A stretch of 64,000 bases of DNA. Source: Candidatus Pacearchaeota archaeon (GTDB lineage Archaea; Nanobdellota; Nanobdellia; Pacearchaeales; GW2011-AR1). Position 1 is the stretch's first letter. The number at the start of each line of letters is the position of its first letter. The DNA is taken from positions 1,638-65,637 of the forward strand of contig JAPLXZ010000011.1 of the NCBI GenBank assembly GCA_026395815.1. Direction: 5' to 3'. A model generated the notes under the pieces. That model saw only the letters and a list, made by a program, of their open reading frames with translations. It was not told where the DNA came from and did no database searches. The position numbers and the translations under genes were made by a program. Below, piece after piece: positions 18,271 to 27,278 of the stretch.

Positions 18271-19638
18271 TTATACCTTCCTGAATAAAATTTCACTTTT
18301 TTTAATTTTTTCTGTAAATTGTTTTGTAATTTTCTCACTTGTTTCTGGAATAAAAGGTAATAACAATTCAGCAATCTTTTTTATGCTTTCAACCAATTCA
18401 TATAATATTTTTTTATCATGAGTTTCCCAGGGCTTTTTTTCTTGAACATATTCATTGCATTTGTCTATAAAAGAAAAAATTTCGCTTAATGTTCTATCAG
18501 TCTTAAATTCTTCAAAAAGTTTTTCAATTTGTTTTATTTTTAATTTTTTTAAAAGTTTATTTTCTGTTTTTTCAATTCCAAATTTCTCTACTAAAGCAGC
18601 AACTCGACTAACAAGATTTCCTAATTTATTTGCAAGTTCATTATTATTCCTTTCTATTAGAATTTCTTCTGAAAAATCAGAATCTTCAAAAATTGAGCAT
18701 CTCAAAAGGGAGTATCTTACAGAATCAGTTCCGTATTTTTTAACTAATTCGAGTGGGTCAATTACATTTCCAAGACTTTTTGAAATTTTTTGTCCTTCTA
18801 AATTCAAATATCCATGAACAAGTAATTTTTTTGGAAGTTCATATCCAGCAGAAATTAAAATTGCAGGCCAGATAACAGAATGAAACCAGTTAATTCCCTT
18901 GCCAATAACGTGCAAATCTGCAGGCCAGTTCCCATCTGATGCAGAAATATAGTTTACAAGTGCGTCAAACCAGATGTAAATTTTGAAATTTTTGTCAATT
19001 GGAGAATCAATTCCCCAGTCTAAACCAGTTCTTGAAACACACAAATCCTTCAATCCTTCCTCTTTTAATCTGGTTAAAATTTCTTTTTTTCTCTCTTCTG
19101 GAATAATATAATTTTTAACAAATTTTTCAATTTTATCCTGATGTTTTGAAAGTTTGAAAAAGTAAGCATCTTCTTTTAAGGAAGTTATTTTCCTATTGGG
19201 ATGTTCGGGACATTTTCCATCAACTAAATCTTTTTCTGTTTTATAAGCTTCACAACCACTGCAATACAATCCTTCATATGTCCCTTTGTAGATATCTCCT
19301 TTTTCATACACTTGCTTAAAAATAGACTGGACGATTTTTTTATGTCTCTCTTCTGTTGTTCTAATGAAATCATCATTTGAAATATTCAATTTTTTACATA
19401 GTTCAATAAAAGATTTTGAGTTTTCATCAACAAATTTCTTTGTTGAAATTCCTTTCTCTTTTGCAGCAATTGCATTTTTTTGCGCATTTTCATCTGTACC
19501 AGTTAAAAACCAAACACTCTCTCCTTTTTGTCTGTGATATCTGGCTATAGCATCAGCTAAAACTTTCTCAAAAGCATGTCCTACATGAGGTTTTGCATTG
19601 ACATAATCAATTGCAGTTGTTATGTAAAATTTTTTCAT
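18271..19638 (-). CDS. metG: Methionyl-tRNA synthetase (catalytic plus anticodon-binding core)
   Basis: YITTAIDYVNAKPHVGHA (HIGH), KISKSLGN (KMSKS) and the CSGCE/CPEH zinc knuckle. Confidence 0.95.
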   Translation of the reverse strand: MKKFYITTAIDYVNAKPHVGHAFEKVLADAIARYHRQKGESVWFLTGTDENAQKNAIAAKEKGISTKKFVDENSKSFIELCKKLNISNDDFIRTTEERHKKIVQSIFKQVYEKGDIYKGTYEGLYCSGCEAYKTEKDLVDGKCPEHPNRKITSLKEDAYFFKLSKHQDKIEKFVKNYIIPEERKKEILTRLKEEGLKDLCVSRTGLDWGIDSPIDKNFKIYIWFDALVNYISASDGNWPADLHVIGKGINWFHSVIWPAILISAGYELPKKLLVHGYLNLEGQKISKSLGNVIDPLELVKKYGTDSVRYSLLRCSIFEDSDFSEEILIERNNNELANKLGNLVSRVAALVEKFGIEKTENKLLKKLKIKQIEKLFEEFKTDRTLSEIFSFIDKCNEYVQEKKPWETHDKKILYELVESIKKIAELLLPFIPETSEKITKQFTEKIKKSEILFRKV

Positions 19639-19672
19639 ACAAGAACTAAAAGATGAACATATAAAAAACTAA

Positions 19673-20050
19673 CTAAATATTCCCGCTATAGACTTTATCT
19701 ATAAAATCAAACCACCCGTCTTTGCTTCTTCTTGGTTGTAATCTTCTGTCCCAATTTACTTTTCCTTGATATACATTAGAGAAATTTATAGCAGATACTG
19801 TAGATTCTAAACAAAGAAGTTCATAATGTAACCTTCCAGAATGTTTAATTTTTCCTTTATCAATTACAGTTTCACTAACAATTGGATTGAATGAAACCAA
19901 GGTATCTTCTACAAGAGGATTAAGCTCTTCATGAAGTTTCTGTCTTATCAATAATATTTGTCCTGGATCATTAATCAAAAGAACATTCCAAAAATGCCTT
20001 TCGGGCATATCTGTAGAATACATATACCAAAGCAACTGTCTTTCAATCAT
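19673..20050 (-). CDS. Hypothetical protein
   Basis: ORF only. First gene of the same-strand run that leads into metG. Confidence 0.4.
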   Translation of the reverse strand: MIERQLLWYMYSTDMPERHFWNVLLINDPGQILLIRQKLHEELNPLVEDTLVSFNPIVSETVIDKGKIKHSGRLHYELLCLESTVSAINFSNVYQGKVNWDRRLQPRRSKDGWFDFIDKVYSGNI

Positions 20051-20102
20051 GCAAAAGCAGATATGATAATCTTTAAAATAATTGCGGTATTATAGATTAT
20101 AT

Positions 20103-20173
20103 GCGCTGTTAGTTTATTGGTAGAATATGAGCTTCCCAAGCTCGTGAGCCGGGTCCGATTCCCGGACAGCGCA
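20103..20173 (+). tRNA. tRNA-Gly(CCC)
   Basis: Hand-folded cloverleaf: acceptor GCGCUGU/ACAGCGC, anticodon stem UGAGC/GCUCG, loop UUCCCAA, T stem CCGGG/CCCGG. The T loop is UCCGAUU, with C where U55 is expected. No encoded CCA. Confidence 0.8.
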
Positions 20174-20232
20174 TTTAGGCACATATAGAACCTACCAAAA
20201 TTATTTAAACGCGATTTGATATAAAGTTAAAC

Positions 20233-20898
20233 ATGTTCAAAAAAAAGGAATGTAATAAATGTGGGGAAAAATTAAGCGACAAATATGATTTTTGTCCTTA
20301 TTGTGGAAATAGAATAAAAGAAGGTATAAACAATGAATGGGGAATGTTGGGAAAAAACGACTTGATGTCTCAAATGGATGATATAAAATTACCTCTTGGA
20401 TTTAAGACTCTATTTAATGCTTTGATGAAAGATATGAATAAACAATTCAATCAATCTGAAAAAGAAATGAAAGATGAAACTCCACAGAATAAGATTAAAA
20501 AAGATGGTATAAGTATCAGCATTTCTACTTTCGGTGATGGGCCTCCAAGAATAAGTGTTAATCCTCTTGGAAACAGGCAAGAAGTAGAAGTTGAAAAAGA
20601 AGATTCAAGAGTAAAACAGAGTTTATTTTCTAAGGAAAAGATAAAGAAATTTTCAAGTTTGCCAAGAAAAGAACCAAAAACCAACATTAGAAGACTATCA
20701 AATAAAGTAATCTATGAACTTGAAATGCCCGAAGTTGTATCTATAGAAGATGTTTCAGTAGTAAAACTTGAAAGCAGCATTGAAATAAAAGCTATTGCAA
20801 AAGACAAATCTTATTTTAAATTAATTCCAATAAACCTCCCCCTAAAAAAGTGCGATTTAAGTGAAGGAAAGTTAATTCTTGAATTAGGAGTTAAATAA
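20233..20898 (+). CDS. Zinc-ribbon protein with C-terminal Hsp20/ACD-like domain
   Basis: N-terminal CNKCG...CPYCG. The C-terminus (YELEMPEVVSIEDVSVVKLESSIEIKA...GKLILEL) resembles alpha-crystallin domain strands. Confidence 0.45.
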   Translation: MFKKKECNKCGEKLSDKYDFCPYCGNRIKEGINNEWGMLGKNDLMSQMDDIKLPLGFKTLFNALMKDMNKQFNQSEKEMKDETPQNKIKKDGISISISTFGDGPPRISVNPLGNRQEVEVEKEDSRVKQSLFSKEKIKKFSSLPRKEPKTNIRRLSNKVIYELEMPEVVSIEDVSVVKLESSIEIKAIAKDKSYFKLIPINLPLKKCDLSEGKLILELGVK

Positions 20899-20967
20899 TA
20901 GTTAGATTTAATTAGAATCTATAAGATTATTATAATCTATAACATCTAAAAATTCGTGATTATAAAA

Positions 20968-21086
20968 TGAGCCTGCACGGATTTGAACCGTGGACCCCTG
21001 CCTTCCCGAATTCTGAAAGATTTCAGCAAATGGAACTTGTTCCGATTTATCAGAGCAGTGCTCTAACCGGGCTGAGCTACAGGCTC
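20968..21086 (-). tRNA. tRNA-Ile(GAU) with ~44-nt intron at 37/38
   Basis: Acceptor GAGCCUG/CAGGCUC, D arm GCUC/GAGC, anticodon stem CUGCU/GGCAG, loop CUGAUA|intron|A, T arm CACGG-UUCAAAU-CCGUG. The intron spans roughly 21004..21047. Confidence 0.8.
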
Positions 21087-21164
21087 ACAACATCTCATAG
21101 AAGTGAAGTTATTTAAAAGTTTTTGTACCCTAAGTTTTAAAAACCAATTTTATTTAAGATTAAT

Positions 21165-21737
21165 ATGTCAGAAGGACTATATCATTATATAGGAAAAGCT
21201 TGGAGGAAACCAAGTAAAGAGATATTGAGAAAAAGGATGACAGAATGGCGTAAAAGCTCTGTATTCACTAGGTTAGAAAAACCCTTAAGATTAGATAAAG
21301 CAAGAGCTCTTGGTTATAAGGATAAAAAAGGATTTGTTATAATTAGAGTAAGAATAAAAAGAGGAGGGCATAAAAGACCTAGACCAAACAAGGGAAGAAG
21401 AAGCAAGCGATTAACAATAAGAAAAAATCTTAAGATGAATTATAAATGGATAGCAGAACAGCGAGTTGCGAAAAAATACAAAAATCTTGAAGTTTTAAAT
21501 TCATACATCATTGGAAAGGACGGGATAAACTACTTTTATGATATTATTCTTGTGGATCCTCAAAGACCAGAAATAAAAAACGATAAAACAATAAACTGGA
21601 TTTGTAATCCATCAAACAAGAATAGAGTTTTTAGAGGATTAACTTCCTCTGCTAAAAAGTCTAGAGGATTAAGAAGCAATTCCAAAAAGAAGAAAAAGAA
21701 ACAGAATATAAGATGGAGTATGAAAAGCAGATTTTAA
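21165..21737 (+). CDS. rpl15e: 50S ribosomal protein L15e
   Basis: GLYHYIGKAWRKP start and highly basic eL15 pattern (VRIKRGGHKRPRPNKGRR). Confidence 0.95.
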   Translation: MSEGLYHYIGKAWRKPSKEILRKRMTEWRKSSVFTRLEKPLRLDKARALGYKDKKGFVIIRVRIKRGGHKRPRPNKGRRSKRLTIRKNLKMNYKWIAEQRVAKKYKNLEVLNSYIIGKDGINYFYDIILVDPQRPEIKNDKTINWICNPSNKNRVFRGLTSSAKKSRGLRSNSKKKKKKQNIRWSMKSRF

Positions 21738-21820
21738 AGAAAAATTATTAAACCTGACTTATTATAATCTATCATGAAATTAAGCGAGAATTAAAATTCT
21801 CACTAATTCGCCTCTTAAAA

Positions 21821-22405
21821 ATGAGTCAAATTAAAGGAAGTGAAACAGAAAAAAATCTTTTGAAGGCATTTGCAGGAGAAAGCCAAGCGAGAAATCGTTA
21901 CACCTTCTTTGCAAGTGTTGCTAAAAAAGAAGGGTATGAACAGATATCTACAATCTTTCAAGAAACTGCAGATAACGAGAAAGAGCATGCAAAAATATTC
22001 TTTAATCATTTAGAAAGTTCTGGAGGTAGTTTATTAGAAATAGATGCAAAATATCCTGCTGGAAAAATAGGAAATACAAAGGAAAATTTATTAGCTTCTG
22101 CAAATGGAGAAAAAGCAGAATGGAGTTCTATCTATCCAGAATTTATGAATATTGCAAAGCAAGAAGGATTAAAGAATGTAGCAGAATCTTTTAAACAAAT
22201 AGCAGAAGTTGAAGAAAAACATGAAGAAAGATATAGAAAATTATTAGAAAATATTAAAGAAGGAAAAGTTTTCAAAAGAAACAAAACAGTAAAATGGAAA
22301 TGCAGAAATTGCGGCTATGTTCATGAAGGCAAATCTGCTCCTAAAATCTGCCCGGCATGCAAACATCCTCAAGCATTCTATGAACTGTTTGTAGAAACAT
22401 ATTAA
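21821..22405 (+). CDS. rbr: Rubrerythrin
   Basis: [26 protein letters not shown] ferritin-like di-iron domain plus C-terminal rubredoxin-like CRNCG...CPAC. Confidence 0.95.
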   Translation: MSQIKGSETEKNLLKAFAGESQARNRYTFFASVAKKEGYEQISTIFQETADNEKEHAKIFFNHLESSGGSLLEIDAKYPAGKIGNTKENLLASANGEKAEWSSIYPEFMNIAKQEGLKNVAESFKQIAEVEEKHEERYRKLLENIKEGKVFKRNKTVKWKCRNCGYVHEGKSAPKICPACKHPQAFYELFVETY

Positions 22406-22406
22406 A

Positions 22407-22526
22407 ATGACTAGAAAAGGGGAAGTATACAAATGTGAAATATGTGGAAATATAATAGAAGTTTTACATGAAGGAGCAGGAACCTTGGTTTGTTGTGGAA
22501 AACCAATGGTATTAGTGAAAGAATAA
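22407..22526 (+). CDS. Desulforedoxin (39 aa)
   Basis: ORF below the track cutoff: [39 protein letters not shown]. It has the CxxC...CC metal site and the VYKCE.CGNI.EV signature of Dx / the Dfx N-domain. It starts 2 nt after the rbr stop. Confidence 0.75.
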   Translation: MTRKGEVYKCEICGNIIEVLHEGAGTLVCCGKPMVLVKE

Positions 22527-22582
22527 TCTTCAAGAATTTGGAAAAGCAAATAAGTTAAAAACTTCTAATTCTTAATTTTTGT

Positions 22583-24286
22583 ATGAGATATCTAAAACTA
22601 GCAGAGACTTATGAATCGCTTTCTAGCACAACAAGGAGATTAGAAAAAATAAAAATTCTCTCTAATTTTTTAACTGGAATAAGCGAATCTGATAGAGAAG
22701 TTATATATTTATTATTAGGACAAATTTATCCAGAATATGATGCAAGAAAAATCGGAATAAGCAACCAACTTGCGATAAAGGCTATTTCAAAAGCAACAGG
22801 AACAGAAAAAGAACAGGTAGTCAAGGAATGGAAAACAAGCGGAGATATTGGAAGAGTAGCAGAAAAACTGACAAAAAACAAGAAACAGTCAACATTACAA
22901 AATCATATTTTAACAACTGAAAAAGTTTTAGAAAATTTGAAGAAACTTCCTGGATTAGAGGGCAAAGGAACAGTTGACAAAAAGATTTCATTAATAACTG
23001 AATTGTTAACTTCTGCTTCTCCAATAGAAGCACTTTATCTTGTAAGAACATTGATAGGAGATTTAAGAATTGGAATACAAGAAAGCACTATAAGAGAATC
23101 TATGGCTTCTGCATTTTTTAAAGGTGACAAAGAGTCTTCAAAAGAAATTCAAGAGGCTATTGATAAAACAAATGATTTAGCAAGAGTTTTTGATTTGGTA
23201 AAAATGGGAAAAATCAAAGAATTGAAGAAAGTCAAACTTGAAGTAGGCAAACCTGTCAAGGTTATGTTAGCTAAAAAAGCAAAAACAATAAAAGAAGGAT
23301 TTGAAGCTGTTGGAAAACCTTGTGCAATAGAATATAAATATGATGGGTTTAGGCTCGTAATTCATAAAAAAGGAGATCAAATTAATCTTTTTACAAGACA
23401 TTTAGAAAATGTAACCAAACAATTTCCAGAAGTAATAGAATACATAAAAAAATATGCAAAGGGAGATTCGTTTATACTTGATTCAGAAGCAGTTGGTTTT
23501 GACAATAAAACAAAAGAATATAAACAATTCCAAAGCGTAAGTCAAAGAATAAAAAGAAAATACGACATAGAAAAATTACAAAAAGAGCTTCCAGTAGAAG
23601 TAAACATATTTGATATTATTTATTATAACGGAAAATCTCTTCTTAAAGAACCATTTGAAAAAAGAACAGAATTAATAAAAAAAATAGTAACCAATCATCC
23701 ATATAAAATAATTCATGCAAAGCAGATAATAACAGGAGATGAAAAAAAAGCGGAAGAATTCTACAAAAAAGCATTGAAAGATAGACAAGAAGGAGTAATG
23801 ATGAAAAGGCTTAGCTCTGAGTATAATCCTGGAAGCAGAGTTGGTTTCATGTTAAAGATAAAGCCAGAAGAAAGAGATTTTGATTTGGTTATCACAGGAG
23901 GAGAATATGGAACAGGAAAACGTTCTGGGTGGATTTCTAGTTTTATACTTTCATGCAAAGATAAAGATAAATTTTTAGAAATTGGAAAAGTGGGAACAGG
24001 ATTTAAAGAAAAAGAAGGAGGAGGAGTTTCTTTTGATGAACTAACAAAAGAGTTATTTCCTTTAATAACAGAAGAAAAGGGGAAAAGTGTAAAGATAAAA
24101 CCAAAGATAGTTGTTTCAGTGACTTATCAAGAGATTCAAAAATCTCCAACATATTCTTCAGGTTTTGCTTTAAGATTTCCACGATTCACTGCAACACGTC
24201 CAGATAGGTCCCCTTTTGATATAACCAGTTTAAATGAAATTGAAGAAGAGTTCGAAAAACAAAGAAGAAACTGGAGATACGGTTAA
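22583..24286 (+). CDS. lig: ATP-dependent DNA ligase
   Basis: Adenylation motif EYKYDGFR (KxDG), plus the DSE, EGVMMK and LKIK motifs and a C-terminal OB domain. Confidence 0.95.
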   Translation: MRYLKLAETYESLSSTTRRLEKIKILSNFLTGISESDREVIYLLLGQIYPEYDARKIGISNQLAIKAISKATGTEKEQVVKEWKTSGDIGRVAEKLTKNKKQSTLQNHILTTEKVLENLKKLPGLEGKGTVDKKISLITELLTSASPIEALYLVRTLIGDLRIGIQESTIRESMASAFFKGDKESSKEIQEAIDKTNDLARVFDLVKMGKIKELKKVKLEVGKPVKVMLAKKAKTIKEGFEAVGKPCAIEYKYDGFRLVIHKKGDQINLFTRHLENVTKQFPEVIEYIKKYAKGDSFILDSEAVGFDNKTKEYKQFQSVSQRIKRKYDIEKLQKELPVEVNIFDIIYYNGKSLLKEPFEKRTELIKKIVTNHPYKIIHAKQIITGDEKKAEEFYKKALKDRQEGVMMKRLSSEYNPGSRVGFMLKIKPEERDFDLVITGGEYGTGKRSGWISSFILSCKDKDKFLEIGKVGTGFKEKEGGGVSFDELTKELFPLITEEKGKSVKIKPKIVVSVTYQEIQKSPTYSSGFALRFPRFTATRPDRSPFDITSLNEIEEEFEKQRRNWRYG

Positions 24287-24339
24287 AAATTCCTTTATAA
24301 AGCTTTATAAACCATTTTTTCTATTTATAAATAAGGAAT

Positions 24340-24897
24340 ATGACAACAAAAAGCAATTATAAGATTCAAAATATTGTTGCTACTGCTTCTTTAGGAAAAC
24401 CAGTTCCATTAACAAAACTTGCAAGAACTCAGCCAAATACAGAATATAATCCTGAAACTTTTCCTGGGTTGGTATTAAGAGTCAAAGAACCAAAGTCTGC
24501 TGTTCTTGTATTCTCATCAGGAAATTTAGTCTGCACTGGAACAAAGTCAATTGCTCAAGTTAGACAAGTTATTGACGCTGTTATAAAACAATTAAGAAAA
24601 ATAAACGTCAAGATTACAACAAAACCTAAAATAACTGTCCAGAATATTGTTGCATCTGGAACAATCAACTTAAAACTCAATCTTAACTTTTTAGCTTTAG
24701 AAATGGAAAACACAGAATATGAACCAGAGCAGTTTCCTGGACTAGTTTACAAGCTGATAGAACCAAATGCAACCTTTTTGTTATTTAGCAATGGAAAATT
24801 AGTCTGTACAGGAACAAAAAATAAGCAACAGCTTGAAGATAGCATGACTCAGCTGTTAAAAAACGTTAAAACAGCATTAAAGGAATACGAAAAATAG
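24340..24897 (+). CDS. tbp: TATA-box binding protein
   Basis: Two direct repeats: IQNIVATASLG...FPGLVLRV...LVFSSGNLVCTG and VQNIVASGTIN...FPGLVYKL...LLFSNGKLVCTG. Confidence 0.95.
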   Translation: MTTKSNYKIQNIVATASLGKPVPLTKLARTQPNTEYNPETFPGLVLRVKEPKSAVLVFSSGNLVCTGTKSIAQVRQVIDAVIKQLRKINVKITTKPKITVQNIVASGTINLKLNLNFLALEMENTEYEPEQFPGLVYKLIEPNATFLLFSNGKLVCTGTKNKQQLEDSMTQLLKNVKTALKEYEK

Positions 24898-25005
24898 TTC
24901 TGAATTCATTTAATAATTATAAAAAACATATTCTTTGGTTTTATATAATCAAAAATTACATTCATATATATAAAACTATAAAAAGTTGAATCTTTTTTTT
25001 AAAAC

Positions 25006-27030
25006 ATGGCTGAAGAGAACAGATCTAAAACAGAAGAGTTGATTATTGAAGCTAAGAAATTTTTCGATTTTTACAAGAGAGACATGGGAAGGGCTATAAG
25101 AAAGGGGAATAATGTTATAATTCTTGATTTCATGAAATTGACAGAATTTTGCGAGAAACTTCCAGAAGAACTCCTTTCAAATCCAGAAGAAGCTCTTGGG
25201 ATTATAGAACTTGCAATAGAAGAGTCTGGATTGATAAAAAACGTAAGAGTTCGGCTTATCAATCTGCCAAAAAGCCAGGAAATGAAAGTCAGGAATATAC
25301 GTTCAAAGCATTTAAACGAAATGATTGTAATTGAGGGGATTATAAGGCAAGCTTCAGATGTCAGACCGCAGGTTGTAAATGCTAAATTTGAATGTCCAAG
25401 TTGTGGAACTGTAATTTCTGTTCTACAAATAGAAAAAAAATTTAGAGAACCTTCAAGATGTTCGTGTGGAAGAAGAGGCGGATTTAAGTTATTAAGTAAA
25501 GAAATGGTGGATACTCAAAGATTAGTTGTAGAAGAAGCCCCTGAATCTTTATCAGGAGGAGAACAACCAAAGCGTATAAATGTATTTGTGAAAGAAGATT
25601 TGGTAGAACCAAAAATGGAGGAGAAAACAACTCCAGGAAGCAGAATAAAAGTTATTGGAATGCTAAAAGAAGTTCCTGTTCCATTACAAACTGGCGGTTT
25701 ATCAACAAGATTTGAATTAGCAATTGAAACAAATAACATAATTCCGCTTGAAGAAACATTTGAAGAATTGGATATAGGTGAGGAAGATGAAAAACAGATT
25801 CTTGAATTAGCTGCAGACCCCAATATATTTGAAAATTTAGCGAGAAGTATTACTCCAAGCATATGGGGCTATGAAGAGATAAAGAAGTCCCTTGTTCTTC
25901 AGCTTTTTGGAGGAGTTAAAAAAATTCACGCAGATGGACAAAAGAGCAGAGGAGATATACATATTTTATTGATTGGCGATCCAGGAGTTGCTAAATCAGT
26001 AACTTTAAGTTTTATGGCGAATATCTCACCAAAAGGAAGGTATGTTGTAGGAAAAAGTGCGAGTGGAGCTGGTTTAACAGCAACAGTTGTACGGGATGAA
26101 TATTTAAGAGGATGGAGTTTAGAAGCAGGGGCAATGGTTTTATCAAACAAAGGACTTGTATGCATAGACGAATTAGAAAAAATGGACCCAAACGATAGAA
26201 GTGCTATGCATGAAGCAATGGAACAGCAAACAATAACAGTAAGCAAAGCAAATGTTCAGGCTACATTGCGTGCAGAAACTTCTGTTTTAGCAGCAGCAAA
26301 TCCAAAATTCGGAAGATTTGATCCAAACCAACCAATTGCACAGCAAATTGATCTTCCGCCTACTTTAATCAACAGGTTTGATATAATCTTTACATTAAGA
26401 GACATTCCAAACAGAGAGAAAGATGAAAAAATTGCAGATCATGTATTAAACGAACATAGAAAAGAAGGAGAGAGCATGCTAATTCCAAGAGAAATCTTCA
26501 GGAAATATGTTGCATATGCAAAACAAAGAATAAAACCAGAACTGACTGATGAAGCAGTTGAAGAGATTAAAAAATTCTACATTGAATTAAGAAATCAACC
26601 AGTATCTTCTGAAAGTGCCTTAAGACCGATTCCTATTTCAGCTCGGCAATTGCAGGCATTAATAAGAATGTCAGAAGCTTTAGCAAAAATGCGATTAAGT
26701 AAGAAAGTAAGCAGAAATGATGCAAAGAAAGTTATTGAATTAATGAGATATTATCTTATGCAGATTGGTTATGACCAAGATACAGGAACAATTGATATTG
26801 ATAGAATTTCTGGAAAATTTTCAGCTTCTCAAAGAGGCAAGATATTGACTGTAAGAGATACTATAATCGATTTAGAAAACAGGATAGGAAAGATGATACC
26901 ATTAGAAGAAGTAGAAAAAGAACTTGAAGGAAAAATGAAAAAAGAGGAGATTGAAGAGGCATTAAGCAAACTAAGTTCTTCAGGAGATATTTACAAACCA
27001 AGAAGCGGGTATATAAGCAGAACGAGTTAG
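25006..27030 (+). CDS. mcm: MCM replicative helicase
   Basis: Zinc motif CPSCG...CSCG, Walker A IHILLIGDPGVAKS, Walker B CIDELEKM, arginine finger region SVLAAANP, and a C-terminal winged helix. Confidence 0.95.
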   Translation: MAEENRSKTEELIIEAKKFFDFYKRDMGRAIRKGNNVIILDFMKLTEFCEKLPEELLSNPEEALGIIELAIEESGLIKNVRVRLINLPKSQEMKVRNIRSKHLNEMIVIEGIIRQASDVRPQVVNAKFECPSCGTVISVLQIEKKFREPSRCSCGRRGGFKLLSKEMVDTQRLVVEEAPESLSGGEQPKRINVFVKEDLVEPKMEEKTTPGSRIKVIGMLKEVPVPLQTGGLSTRFELAIETNNIIPLEETFEELDIGEEDEKQILELAADPNIFENLARSITPSIWGYEEIKKSLVLQLFGGVKKIHADGQKSRGDIHILLIGDPGVAKSVTLSFMANISPKGRYVVGKSASGAGLTATVVRDEYLRGWSLEAGAMVLSNKGLVCIDELEKMDPNDRSAMHEAMEQQTITVSKANVQATLRAETSVLAAANPKFGRFDPNQPIAQQIDLPPTLINRFDIIFTLRDIPNREKDEKIADHVLNEHRKEGESMLIPREIFRKYVAYAKQRIKPELTDEAVEEIKKFYIELRNQPVSSESALRPIPISARQLQALIRMSEALAKMRLSKKVSRNDAKKVIELMRYYLMQIGYDQDTGTIDIDRISGKFSASQRGKILTVRDTIIDLENRIGKMIPLEEVEKELEGKMKKEEIEEALSKLSSSGDIYKPRSGYISRTS

Positions 27031-27278
27031 TCATTTGAACATCTATATTACGTTCGCTCGTAAAACTCGCTCACTAATTAATAAAAACTGTTAATAAGAA
27101 AATATAAAAATTTATTCATTAATTATTATAAACAATTTGCGAATGAACAGAGTGAATGAGCCGTATTTTGCTATATTAAAAACTTCACAAATCTTTAAAA
27201 ATCTCTTTCAATTTTTCTTATTATGATTCAATTAAATAAAGGGAAGTTAAGTGTCAAGAAACCGTAGGTGTCTTACAA

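Noticed and set aside
25006-27030. Inteins in MCM, TopA or DNA ligase
   Set aside because: The lengths and motif spacing are those of intein-free proteins, and no Cys/Ser...HN splice junction blocks were seen.
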